A DNA stretch of 64,000 nt. It comes from Octopus sinensis. Taxonomy: Eukaryota. Made by a program: the position numbers and the translations under genes. Below are positions 52,017 through 64,000 of the stretch, piece by piece. Position 1 is the stretch's first letter. Each line of letters starts with the position of its first letter. The DNA is taken from NCBI RefSeq assembly GCF_006345805.1, contig NC_043001.1, forward strand, positions 130,448,001 through 130,512,000. Direction: 5' to 3'. The notes below the pieces were generated by a model. The model was given only the letters and a program-made list of their open reading frames with translations. It searched no databases and was not told where the DNA came from.

Positions 52017-52422
52017 TGGAGGCGCGTGGCTTAGTGGTTAGGGTGTCAGCATCATGATCGTAAGATTGTGGTTTCGATTCCTGGACTGGGCGATACGTTG
52101 TGTTCTTGAGCAAAACACTTCATTTCACGTTGCTCCAGTCCACTCAGCTGGCAAAAATGAGTAATGCTGTGATGGACTGGTGTCCCGTCCAGTGGTTAGT
52201 GTGTCAGCATCATGATCGTAAGATTGTGGTTTTGATTCCTGGACCGGGTGACGCATTGTGTTCTTGAGCAAAACACTTCATATCACGTTGCTCCAGTCCA
52301 CTCAGCTGGCAAAATGAGTAACACTGTGATGGACTGGTGTCCCATCCAGTTGGGGAACACATACGCCATAGAAACCGGGAAACCAGGCCCATGAGCCTGG
52401 CTAGGCTTTAAAAGGGCGCATT
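52017..52422 (+). mobile_element. SINE family 4, head-to-tail partial dimer
   Basis: tggcttagtggttag A box, gtttcgattcc B box, tgtgttcttgagcaaaacactt core, present twice. Confidence 0.85.
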
Positions 52423-52510
52423 TATCATATTTTATTAAATAAAGAAGTATATATAAATGTGTGTGTGTTCCTACACACACACATACACACACACATATGT
52501 ATGTATTTAT

Positions 52511-52716
52511 GTCGCGTGTGTATCGTTGGCGATTTTTTTCCTCCGTCTTCCCTTCCTTGGATCTTTCCTTTTCCTATGTTTCTGACAAAGAGCTCTGCTC
52601 GAAACGTTGAATCCTCTTTCTTTCTTTCCTTTCCTGAGCGTCCAATATTACTATACTTGTTCCATGTCCTCGCGTTGTTGTGTTTTCTCTCTGTGTTTTC
52701 ATGTTTGGATTAACTA
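52511..52716 (+). mobile_element. Hammerhead-bearing element, family A, copy 4
   Basis: gttt-CTGACAA-A-GAGC-tct-GCTC-GAAAC-GTT-gaat at 52578-52612. Confidence 0.75.
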
Positions 52717-52836
52717 TATATATATAGTAAGAGGAGGGATATGAATATCCAGGCAGATAATAAAGCCGGTCTCTTCTGATGGTCTGCTTTAAAATATATT
52801 TCTTAAAAACTACCATCTGATGTTAAGGTTAACTTC

Positions 52837-53343
52837 TTGGAATTCACATCATCAGTTTGGAACCCCTATCTTGCTCAGAACATTGACCTCCTGGAATCGG
52901 TTCAGAGACGTGCAACCAAACGCATACCCTCCATCAGACACCTACCATATTCTGAGCGCCTTGTTTCCCTGGGCATGGATTCACTGAAGCTCCGGCGTCT
53001 GGCGACGGACTTGGTAAACGCCCACAAAGTTGTCAACCACCTCACCAATAACAACACTGAACACCTTTTTGATCTCCATGTGTCTAACACACGTGGACAT
53101 GCCTACAAAGTCAGAAAACAACACAGCTCCCATGACTTTCGGAAACATTTCTTCACGCTCAGAGTTGCTGAAGCATGGAATAAACTGCCTGCATCAGTTG
53201 TTGACTGCCATGACACTGCATCCTTTAAGGCCCTCATGCTTTCCGAAATCCGTCGAAACTACACCTGATTATATATGCACTTTGGATGAGTTGTAGTGCA
53301 CCTGAGCACTGTACACAATGTTTATTATTATTATATTATTATT
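52837..53343 (+). mobile_element. 5'-truncated CR1-like LINE 3' end with open ORF2 C-terminus
   Basis: SSVWNPYLAQNIDLLESVQRRATK...YSERL...TRGHAYK...FFTLRVAEAWNKLP; short 3' UTR and (TTA)n tail. Confidence 0.9.
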
Positions 53344-53854
53344 AGAGAGTAAAATCACAATACTGATAATAAGGAAAATGAAGAATTTGAACATTTAGGC
53401 TTTCTGCTTGGTTTATTCATAGTAATTGTCTGACACATGTTTCAATTATATCAACTGCAAATTGCTGCATATTTATATGAGTGAATAAATATGTCCTTGT
53501 TCAAGGAGTGATTTTTTCATCTGTAGCTCTGAGGGGCCCGCACTCTACATGTTAACTCTCTTTGATATCAATGCTAAGAGGCCCGGTGAACAGTTATGCC
53601 CAATGGACCTTAATACTCTCAGTGCGCCCCTGCACACACACACACACACATATATCATCATCATCATTGTTCGACCATGGTCGAGACAATGGAATTTACC
53701 ATGCTACGCCAGACTTCCCGGTCCATCATGGCATTGCGGAGGTCCTGTTGCTGGATGCCATATAAATATATATGTATGTAGGTATAATAATTAACATCAC
53801 AGTTTTAATGTCCTCGTTATCATGCTTGCATAGAGCCTATTTTCTGGTATGCTG

Positions 53855-54045
53855 TTCTTTCAAATTTTGTCACAAGGCCTGTAATATCAGGGAAGTGGGC
53901 AAGTTGATTACATTGGCTCCAATGCTTAACTGGTACTTATTTTATCGACTTCAGAAGGATGAAAGGCAAAGTCAACCTTGGTGGAATTTGAACTCATAAC
54001 ATAAAGACGAACTAATTGGCACCAAGCATTTTGCCCAGCATGCTA
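53855..54045 (-). mobile_element. Degenerate SINE family 2 (others at 50925-51130, 57275-57425, 63150-63365, 63615-63830)
   Basis: aaggatgaaaggcaaagtcaacc core. Confidence 0.72.
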
Positions 54046-54059
54046 CATATAATAATAAC

Positions 54060-54102
<43 letters not shown>

Positions 54103-54312
54103 CAATGTCACATCGATTGTTATTCCCTAATATCAATTGTGGAAGATGATTGACTAAACCTTTCTCCATCATGTACTTCTAATCATGGTCTTCCCTGGAT
54201 CTTGGACAATGAAAATACATATGAAGGTTAAAATCAACAGTCAAAAATCAATTCTAATTGATAATAAATGTCTTCTGGGAAAGAATCTATCGTGTTTCAC
54301 ATCAAATGTTAT

Positions 54313-54688
54313 GGATGGAAGCACTCCGTCAGTTACGACGATGAGAGTTCCGGTTGATCAGAATCAATGGAACAGCCTGCTCGTGAAATTAACGTGTAAG
54401 TGGCTGAACACTCCACAGACACGTGTACCCTTAACGTAGTTCTCGGGGATATTCAGCGTGACACAGAGAGTGACAAGGCCGGCCCTTTGAAATACAGGTA
54501 CAACAGAAACAGGAAGTAAGAGTGAGAGAAAGAGTACAGCAGGGATCACCACCATCCCTGCCGGAGCCTCGTGGAGCTTTAGGTGTTTTTGCTCAATAAA
54601 CACTCACAACGCCCGGTCTGGGAATCGAAACCGCGATCCTATGACCGCGAGTCCGCTGCCCTAACCACTGGGCCATTGCGCCACCACG
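54313..54688 (-). mobile_element. tRNA-derived SINE (family 4 relative) with 13-bp target-site duplication
   Basis: catcaaatgttat at 54300-54312 and 54689-54701; tggcccagtggttagg and gtttcgattccc boxes. Confidence 0.88.
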
Positions 54689-54779
54689 CATCAAATGTTA
54701 TAGTCAATGCTGAATGCATGCCTGTTTGTATTTAGTGTTTATTTTAAATGCCATGTCTAATTGACAGTTTACTATTCAG

Positions 54780-55555
54780 ATTTTGTGAATTCATTGTAAA
54801 TTTGGTATTGACTTTAAATGTCAAATCGCTATCTCACTAGTCTTTTATTGTGGAATGTCCTCACGTACTTGATGTGACATTTTTAGCGTCAAGTTACTAT
54901 TTAGTCAATCAATCACCATCATTTACTGTTAAATATCTAATATATTTGCCATTTATATTAAATGTCAAATCAGCATTTCAACAATCTCTCAATATAATTT
55001 ATTTCTTTATGTCTTAAAATATACATTGACTTTAAAATGTCAAGTTTCTCTTTGACCAGACAACCACTGCTATTTACTGCTGAATGTCTAATAAATTTGC
55101 TGCTGATTTTATACATCAAATCACCATTTCATCCATATTTCATCATAATTCATTTCTGTTTGTCCTAAAATATATATTGACATTACATGTCAAGTTACTA
55201 TTTCACAAATCAATCATCACTATTTATGGTCAAATGTCTTATAAATTTGCTACCAACTTTAAATCTTAAATCGCTATTTCATTCATCTCTTGCCATAGTT
55301 TACTTTTGTATGTCCTAATATATACCAACTTTAAATGTTAATTCACTATTTCATCAGTTTTGTTTCATCATCAATCATGGCTGAATATCTAATGTAAGTG
55401 GTACTGACTGACTTTAAATGTCAGTCCATTATTTGACCAATTTCTCACTATCAATCAGTGTTGAATTTTTCATATATTTGGATTTAACTTTAAATGTCAA
55501 ATTACCATTTAACCAACCTCTCCATCACCAATTATTGCTGAATGCCTTATGTATC
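54780..55555. repeat. Diverged tandem repeat, about 75-bp period with ~150-bp dimer structure
   Basis: actttaaatgtcaa-like anchor at about 54819, 54888, 54963, 55038, 55115, 55188, 55264, 55335, 55419, 55495. Confidence 0.8.
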
Positions 55556-58191
55556 TTATAAGCTGCTGTAGTCATTTTAATATTTTCTTACTTTGGCACA
55601 AAGCAACAAAATTATAGGAGAGAATTACCTGCACTACAGGGCAGAAAAATAGAGTCACTTCCAGATAGGTTTGAACACAAGGCACAAAGATTACACGTGA
55701 ACATGACAGGGCATTTATCCTGCCACTTTATCATCTCTGATGAACCATCATCATTTTTGCTTGTAAATGATATAACAACAATTGTTATATTTCAGAAAGG
55801 CTACTTATTTTTACTTGCCAAATAAACACTTTGCACTATACATTTGTTCTTTACATGTTCCTTATTGTTCTTATTTTATTTTACGTCCAACTTTTCTAAA
55901 GTTGCTGAAAGATCACAGATGTTTGACAAAAAATTTCCAGACAATGGCATACAATAAAATAAGAACAATAATAAACAAGTGAAAAACGAATATATAGTGC
56001 ATGTGTTTATTTAGCAAAAAATAACAGCCATCCTGAAATATAACAATATCTCTTTTAAGACAGGGTTTCACATCAGGAATCTTGCAAACAAATTCATAAA
56101 TGTAACAATAAAACAACTATTTCACTTTAAAATTGGTTCAAAACAAGACAGAACATAGCAGAAGAGAATTCAACACAATGGCCAATAATGGTCCCTCTAA
56201 CCATTTTTTGTCTAAAGACTCCTTTGACACCTATTTTACTTGGATGGATCCCTATGGTCATTTGAAGTTTTTTAAAATCCTATCACATCTTTATACTAAA
56301 ACAAAGAATTGTATAAAAAGACAATTGTTAAACTATTTTATGTATTGTAAAAGTATAATAAATTTATTGCACATAAATTCTACCAACAAAGTCTTATATG
56401 GATCCCCAATAGCCAAATGGACCCTGATTGAGAGCTACAGCTTCACTAGAAATAGCAGCCAAATCTTCTTTTATATTATACCTTACATCTTAAAAAAATA
56501 GAAAGAACACATCAGACAATGTCATCCTACATATACAAAATCTAAAGAACATAAAATGATGGTCTAATCAAAACAAGAATGCTTTTGATCATAGAACTGT
56601 TGGATCAGGTTCAACCAATAGCTGAACAACAGTATCAACAGAAACATGGCATGGATCAACCCATCAAATAATTAACATCAACACTGTCTTTCTATATGGT
56701 GAGTTCAGTAAGACTATGCTCTCTTCAGAATTAAGTACCACCCATGGTGTCAATCAGTAAACTCTTGAAATTTTCATTTTAAAAATTTGTTTTGTGCAGT
56801 AATTTTGCAATTAGAAATAATAAGTTCAAAATTAGCAGTGATTTCCTTCTATCTCCGTTTATCAATGACCATCTAATTCTGTAATGTTCATAAACAAGAG
56901 CAAATTGGTTATTAATTAATCTGTATATGTAAAATTTTTACTTTAGCATTCAGTGTATCACTTACCAATGGTAAGCCTTCAGTGTGTCAGAGAATTAATC
57001 TAGGGTTTTGTCACCAAAGGCCTGAGTATTTCTAATAAGGTGGTAGAGGCATTAACCTTAAGGAGACAACAGGACTAATCTATCAACCAAAAAGTCAAAC
57101 GATGAAAAAGGTTGCATTAGTTCATTCAATTTTCTACAAGAATATACTTTTATATATGTAAATTAGTTAATTTTTTAATGATTTAAAAAAAAACTAAGTG
57201 CATGCCCTCTGTAGGTTTGTGATAAGGGTTCCAGCTTTTTGACATTGAAACTCCAAATGAGGCTCAGTCTCCAAAAGGTTAATGAGTTGAACAAAATGCT
57301 TAGTGGCATTTCGACAATGTTTACATTTTTTAGTTTTAAAAATTGAGCTTTGGATGACTTGGCCTTTTATTCTTTTGCAGTTGATAGAATATGTACTAGT
57401 TGAGAACTGGGGTTGATATAATTGAGGAATAATTAATATTATTGTTATTTATTGTCTATTGTTATAGTTAATTTAATTGATTTATTTAATATAAATACCT
57501 CATTTTTCCTTTTTGGTTTTGCACCTTTGTGGTTTAACCTTGTGGTTTAACCTTGTATTTTCCTCAACACCCTCTTCTGGCCAAGAAAATAAACCCATGT
57601 TGTTGCTGTTGTTGCTATTATTGTTGTTGTTATTATTGTTGATATTGTTGTTGTTGATAATGATGATAATGTTATCACTGTTAAATTATTATTTTTCTAC
57701 TGCAAATGCTGTTACTACGACTACTACCACACCAACTGCAACAACTAATCATTATTAGTGAGACTGTAATCATCATCACTATCATCATCATCATATGTTT
57801 TCCCTCTTAGATAGCAGGAAAATCCGTTAATTTCACCGACCTTTCAAAGACCTCAGCTGTGAATTGTAAATTAGATAATTATCTCTTGATTAGTGGATAA
57901 AACCAATTGCAACTGTTAGGTGTCTGGTTTAAGCCACAGTAATAGCAACTGTTACTAAAAGTAATTACAACAAACAAACTCTTAGAGCAAGAATTTACAA
58001 TAAACTTCAAGCAGTCTAGATTTTGTTACCATTTTCTTTTGTCTGCTGAGTACTTTTTTTCTATTTAATCTTCAACTTTAAATAGTGATATTTTATTTAT
58101 TTTGTATATGGAATGTAAGGGAATGTGACAGTTTTCACAATCAATATCTTTGCATTCTGGCATTTTAAATAAATAAATAAATAAATAAATA

Positions 58192-58530
58192 GGCGCAGGA
58201 GTGGCTGTATGGTAAGTAGCTTGCTTACCAACCACATGGTTCCGGGTTCCATCCTATTGGGTGGCACCTTGGGTAAGTGTCTTCTACTATAGCCTTGGGA
58301 TGACCAAGGCCTTGTGAGTGGATTTGGTAGGCAGAAACTGAAAGAAGTCCATTATACAAATGTGTGTGTGTGTGTTTATCCCCCCCCACCATTGCTTGAC
58401 AACCAATGCCAGTGTGTTTACATCCCCATAACTTAGCAGTTCAGCAAAAGAGACCTATAGAATAAGTACTAGGCTTACAAGGAATAGGTCCTGGGGTCGA
58501 TATTTTCGACTAAAGGTGATGCTCCAGCAG
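58192..58530 (+). mobile_element. SINE family 1
   Basis: Near full-length homology. Confidence 0.88.
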
Positions 58531-59959
58531 ACAGACAGACAGACAGAACGGATTTTATATAATAGATATATGTGTGTGTGTGTGTGTGTGTGTGACGAGC
58601 TTCTTTTAAGATTTTAAGAACATTGTCCCCGAAATACCAAATAAGGCAGAAAGGGTTCTACTGTATAGATCCTAACAAGGCCTGACAACATTTTTAAATA
58701 TATTACATTCATGAGGATTTAAGATGAAGATTATAATGATACTAGTTACATATTTCTTTATTTTATTTTATTTTATTTTATTAATTTATCTATTTATTAG
58801 CATCTTTGTTTTAGTCATTTGAAATTCTAAATTTACATCACATAAAAAAATTAATTTTTACATTGAAAATTTCAACACAGAACTAAGAAACAAAACATAT
58901 TCATAGAATAAAATATTTGAAACTACATTTTAAAAAAAAGTATATATATAGAAAAAATTAGAAAGATGAATATATTTAATAAAAATTTAATTTTCCATAT
59001 TAACAAACAGACCTAAAAAAAATTCCCTTAAAATATATGGAACAAAAACTACTGTAAAACAACAATAAAAAAGAGAGCTCATTTTAACACACCTGAATTT
59101 ACCTTTTCACAAGTTGTGTTTAAATGTTTATAGTAAAATAATAAAAATTTGTTTCATATCAGCTTTAGTAAACACACTTTAACACAGCATTAAATTTGGA
59201 AGGTGATGTATATTATGTGTTGAAATTTGTGTAAGTGTGAGTGACTGTGATGAGGGTATGCAATGGTCTGTAGTTTATGTGGCCCATGTGGTGGTGTGTG
59301 CTTATGCATTTGGTTGGTTGGTTTGTTGGTTTGTTGGTTGGTTGGGTGTGTGGGTGGATAGAAGGATGGTGGAGGAAATGTTTGCGATTAATAATTAAAC
59401 CTTTCCCAGCCCCACTTTCACCGTATCCATTCTCTAGTTTCTGCTTTGCTCTTTTATATGGTATTTCGATAAATTAAGTTTTAAATTATTTTGAATTAAA
59501 TTTAACATCTGCTCTTAAGACATTTGAGTTTATTTTCTAAATGAAATAAATAAATAAATATAAAACACTAAAGTAAGAAAAAAAAATGCAGATTAAACAA
59601 AGCAAAAAAAGAAGCTACCAGAAAGCCCCACTGAAAACAACAGCTAAAAGGAAAAAACAGTCAAATACAGCAAGTAACTAAGCACCAGAAGGACAATAAG
59701 AGCAGTGAAAACTAATATACAACAATAACAACAGAAATAACTATTAAAATAAACAACTACAACAGTATATGTTGTTATATGTAAGGTGAAGACGTTTGTA
59801 GTGCTGAATGTGTTTGGTTTGAACCTCATGGTTCCGAGTGCAGTCCAACTTTATGCAAGCGTCTTCAGCCACAATCTTGGGTTCGCCAATATTTTCTCTA
59901 AGTGAAAGTTAGTAAACAGAGGTAGTGTGGCAGCCCATATGTGTTTGCGTGTAGGTTAG

Positions 59960-60135
59960 TTCCATGTAAAAACCACCCTGTACACTCTGTAAAGTGGTAG
60001 GCATCAACAAGGGTATCCATCTGTAGAAATCATGCCAAAACAGACAACTGGAGACTGGGCAGCTCTCCAGCTGGCCAGCTCTCCAGCTGGCCAGCTTCCT
60101 GTCAAACCTGTGCCAGCATGAAAAACAGCCCTAAA

Positions 60136-60170
<35 letters not shown>
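59960..60170 (+). mobile_element. Degenerate SINE family 3
   Basis: aagggtatccatctgtagaaa core and (GAT)n tail. Confidence 0.72.
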
Positions 60171-60172
<2 letters not shown>

Positions 60173-60622
60173 AGATTAATATGATCCAAAGATCCTGTTG
60201 TAGGAAGATTGTAAACTTCATTCATGTATGCATCCTTTATAGATAACAAAAAGTAGACAACATACTTTAAAAAGAGATTATTAACCATCATATGTTACAC
60301 ACTTCATCCTATATTGAAATCAGTCAAAACTTCAATAAGCCGAGAGTCACCACACAACTCAGTTTATCAGCTAAAGTTGCTGAAAATACGAACAGAAATT
60401 GAGAATGTATGGAATGGAAAGGGTAATGGAGAAAGACTACACATGTTTCATAGCTAAAAACAATGGTTGTTACATAACTTGTAATGCACATAAAACCTGC
60501 TTAGCTTATCTTCAGATCCTATTACCTTCAACACACACACACAGATATATGATTATATATGACAGGTTTCTTAAGTACCATATTCATCTGAATTTAAATT
60601 TTGCTGAACTCATCTACCATAC

Positions 60623-60660
<38 letters not shown>

Positions 60661-60664
<4 letters not shown>

Positions 60665-60753
60665 AATAAGAAAATGGAGAAATACATCTAAATCAAATCA
60701 TCATTGATGATGACTGAAGATTTAGATGTATTTCTCCATTTTCTTATCTTGTA
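60661..60753. repeat. 93-nt hairpin heading a (TA)n-flanked element (to about 60925)
   Basis: ataagaaaatggagaaatacatctaaatc / gatttagatgtatttctccattttcttat perfect stem. Confidence 0.88.
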
Positions 60754-62250
60754 TTAGTAATTTGTGGTAAATCATTTTACCTTTGCCCATATAATACAGT
60801 AAATGAATTGATTGCATCGCAATCATTAACATTTATGTATTAACTTTGTTGGGTACTTCACTAGCAGTATATTGGATATATGTTATCCTATGGAGGGTTG
60901 TATTTACAACCCCTATCTCAATTTGTATATATATTATATATATTATATATATATATATATATAGGGATGGTATTATTAAAATACCATCACAAGTGGTAAG
61001 TGAATTATTAGCTGTACAGGCAAATTAATAAAATATATACATACAATATTAGATATGTACATATATACATAAGGGCACTAAATGAGTACCTATATCGCTC
61101 ATGATTGAAGTCAAAAAATACTTCTGTACCACCGAAAAGTCACAAATCTATTACAGACAAGATAGGAAAAAATATCAGATATAAATATAAGAAAACTATA
61201 ACACTATGGAAAATTCAAGGCCTTAATAGCAAATCACAGAATTCCTTTCTGCTTTGGGCAACAGCTTCAAGTCGCTGAATTTACATTTATATATGATTGT
61301 ATAAGATTATTCTTTACAATAACTCTATGATGAATCATTTTTCAGCAACAGATCTGCATAGGTGTTTCCTCAGGTTGAATATGATCAAATGCTGTTGGAT
61401 TTGTTTTTGAACTTCAACAAATACACCATGTCTATTACTCTCTGCCAATTACTTCATTACCTTCCAGGTGACACAAAAACAAATACAAAACTAATATCAC
61501 AGTAACAGTACCAACAAGAATAGCAATAAGAGAATATATATTTTGCATGAAGTTAAATATATGTCCGGTCATAGAGAGACCAATGGTTTCACATCCATGA
61601 AGCACTTAGCCTTATAGATGACTTGTCAGACTCCAATGGCCGTGGGCATATAATGTCTCTTGAAACTGGTGGTAGAAAACCGCTATGGTCAGTTAGATTG
61701 TGAGCAATAGAATAATATACACTGTATAATATTATTCTTTTATTCTTTTGTTTACAAATTAACTGACCATAATGGTTTTCTACTTCCATTTTGAACAGAG
61801 GTTATATGCCCATGGTCATTGGCACCACAGAGTCATCTATAGAGCTAAGTGTTTTATGGAAGCGAAACCACTGGTCACTTTATGACCAGACATATAGTTA
61901 ATTTCATGTGAATACATTACTGCTCTAGCTTTTAGAGTGCGCTTCTTTTTTGGAGATATGATCCACTGATAAGATATATGTGTGTGTGTGTGTGTGCATG
62001 CATGAAAATGTTAGCAAAGCTAGATATCTGATATGTATATAGATCTACACACATATGCATATATGCATTTCTAAATATCAATACAATCATGCATTCAGAT
62101 TTCTTTTTTCCTTTGACTGCAATTAGATTTCTGCTATTTTTTGAAATAGTTGAAATTTTTGAATAGTTTGGATAAATACCTATGTGTAATATGTGTGTAT
62201 GGCCATATATATATATACATAAACACATGAATGTATGTGTGTGTGTATAA

Positions 62251-62284
<34 letters not shown>

Positions 62285-62929
62285 GTATGTATCTATCTAT
62301 CTATAAATTTGTTAGTATGTGGGATGGTATTTCTAATATGATATCCTACTGTTTTGATGCTAATATGCTTCACAATCTAAAATATCTTTTAGAAATGCCA
62401 AAAATACCAAGTTGTAGAATTAACCTTATAAAACAGAATGGATGCTATCCAATATACACACCTAAATGCAGAACTGCATATGCATTGATGATGACTGAAG
62501 ACAAGCATGAAAATGTCAATAAAAAAATAAACAAAATCAAAGAAGAAAAAAAAACTGAATTTGAAGGAGAAAATCTAACACAGAAATTTATAATATAAAT
62601 AGATAATTTAAATAAAAAGGGTAGGAGGAAAAAATCCCAAAGAGAAAAATGGTAAATCTAAAAGACTTTTGAAAATTCATCCATTTTAATTGCCAATTCA
62701 AATTCAAATAAAGACTTTTCTATCTTCTTTTTCATGGTATAATCAAGATAGGTTTTGATGCAGTTTCAACAACCATGCTTAGGAAGCAGTTGTATTCTAT
62801 AAAAAAAATTTCAAAAAAGTGTGTTTCTTTTTCGCTGTAGAATTTTATTTCCCAGAGCTTAACAGGAGTAAAAAGAAAAAGAGGATAATAAAAAACTGAA
62901 ACTCTTTCGTTTCTTATTCTCCATTTGTA

Positions 62930-63150
62930 TAATCAGTCTAGTGTCCTCATCTTGATTGTTATAGTTCCAATATTTCAACCATTATAGCCTCTAGCATTTT
63001 TTTTGGTGCTTGTTCTATTCAATTTGTTTGTGAATATTTACCGAATATGGCAGATACCTGAAGAAGGCTGGAAAATACAACAACTGAAACATTATGAGTA
63101 TAACAACCAAGATGGCAACACTACTCTTAGTAATATCTCAAAGTATAATA
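62930..63150 (+). mobile_element. Inverted pair of Penelope-like terminal fragments with degenerate hammerhead core (63055-63096)
   Basis: tac-CTGAAGA-AGGCTG..CAACT-GAAAC-ATT-atg followed by tataacaaccaagatg, inversely repeated as catcttgattgttata at about 62948-62963. Confidence 0.55.
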
Positions 63151-63399
63151 AGAGAGTGAGTTCTCAAAATCATTAGCATGCAGAGAAAAATGCTCAGTGG
63201 CATGTCATCCATCTCCAAATTCTGAGTTCAAATTCTACTGAGGTCAGCTTGGCATTTCATCCTTTCAGGGTCAATAAAATAAATCCCAGTTGAACACAGG
63301 GTTTGATATAATTGACTTACCCCCTACCCTAATTTACAGGCCTAATGCTAAAATTTGAAACCAATATATCAATGTATAATAATTCATAATAATGTATAA

Positions 63400-63616
63400 T
63401 ATGAGGGGGTGCTGAAAATCTCCTGGCATTAAGGGTATCACAAAAAACCTGGCTGGAGGTTCAACCTTCCAAGTTCTTTTACAGGCTTAGAAAAACTGAA
63501 GGACCACTGCAATAAGTGCATGAATCTGAGAGGGAAATATGTTGAAAGAAATCATTAACTGATCCTCCTATATTTTCTTTTACCCAAATCCAGGAACTTT
63601 TCAACACCGACTCATA
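63400..63616 (+). mobile_element. Mariner-type MITE retaining transposase C-terminus
   Basis: TA-tgagggggtgctgaaaatctcctgg / ccaggaacttttcaacaccgactca-TA; GLEKLKDHCNKCMNLRGKYVE. Confidence 0.82.
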
Positions 63617-64000
63617 ATGTTTCTAATTTAGGTACGAGATCAGCAATTCTGAGGAAAGGGGGTTAGTTGATTACATCAACTTCAGTATTTAACAGGTATT
63701 TTTTTTTATATATTTGTAAACCCCAGAAGTGTGAAAGGTATAATTGACCATGGCAGAATCAAAATTCAGAAAGTAATACTGTAAGGCATTTTTCTGACGC
63801 TCTATCACGTCTGCTAATCCACTACCCAAATATATGTGTATAATGATGGTAATTCCTTATATTAGAAATTCTGGGTTCCTTTTATTTTATTTAACATTTT
63901 TGTTGTTATTGTTTAATCATAAAATCTATTGCCACACTACAAGCTAATATTCTATGTGGTTGCCCAACCTATTATTTTTTATTGCTTTCACTCTTAACGT

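Noticed and set aside
62491-62520. CTGAAGA-caagcat-GAAAATGTC hammerhead-like string
   Set aside because: Stem II cannot form; likely chance

Overview
Eukaryotic, very AT-rich, repeat-saturated non-coding DNA, probably a large intron or intergenic region. The tRNA-derived SINE families, zinc-finger-ending RTE LINE 3' ends and dense (TA)n/(TATG)n/(CA)n tracts point to an octopus or other coleoid cephalopod genome (inference, not searched). No intact protein-coding gene is supported: almost all listed ORFs are microsatellite or SINE translations, and the recognisable protein remnants are LINE (RTE, CR1) and mariner fragments. The window holds about 50 SINE copies from at least four families, plus piggyBac-, hAT- and mariner-type MITEs. 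The most interesting signal is a set of short non-coding elements, mostly sitting in (TA)n tracts, that carry hammerhead-ribozyme cores (CTGANGA...GAAAC-palindrome-GTH) in several unrelated sequence families. Some are joined to fold-back hairpins, as expected for non-autonomous Penelope-like/retrozyme elements. Every individual copy has at least one core mismatch; only the four-copy family consensus is intact. Other notable items: a near-perfect 453-bp palindrome, a 58-bp duplication flanking a SINE, a locally templated insertion inside a SINE and a 75/150-bp higher-order repeat. Coordinates were read by eye, and element boundaries are approximate.
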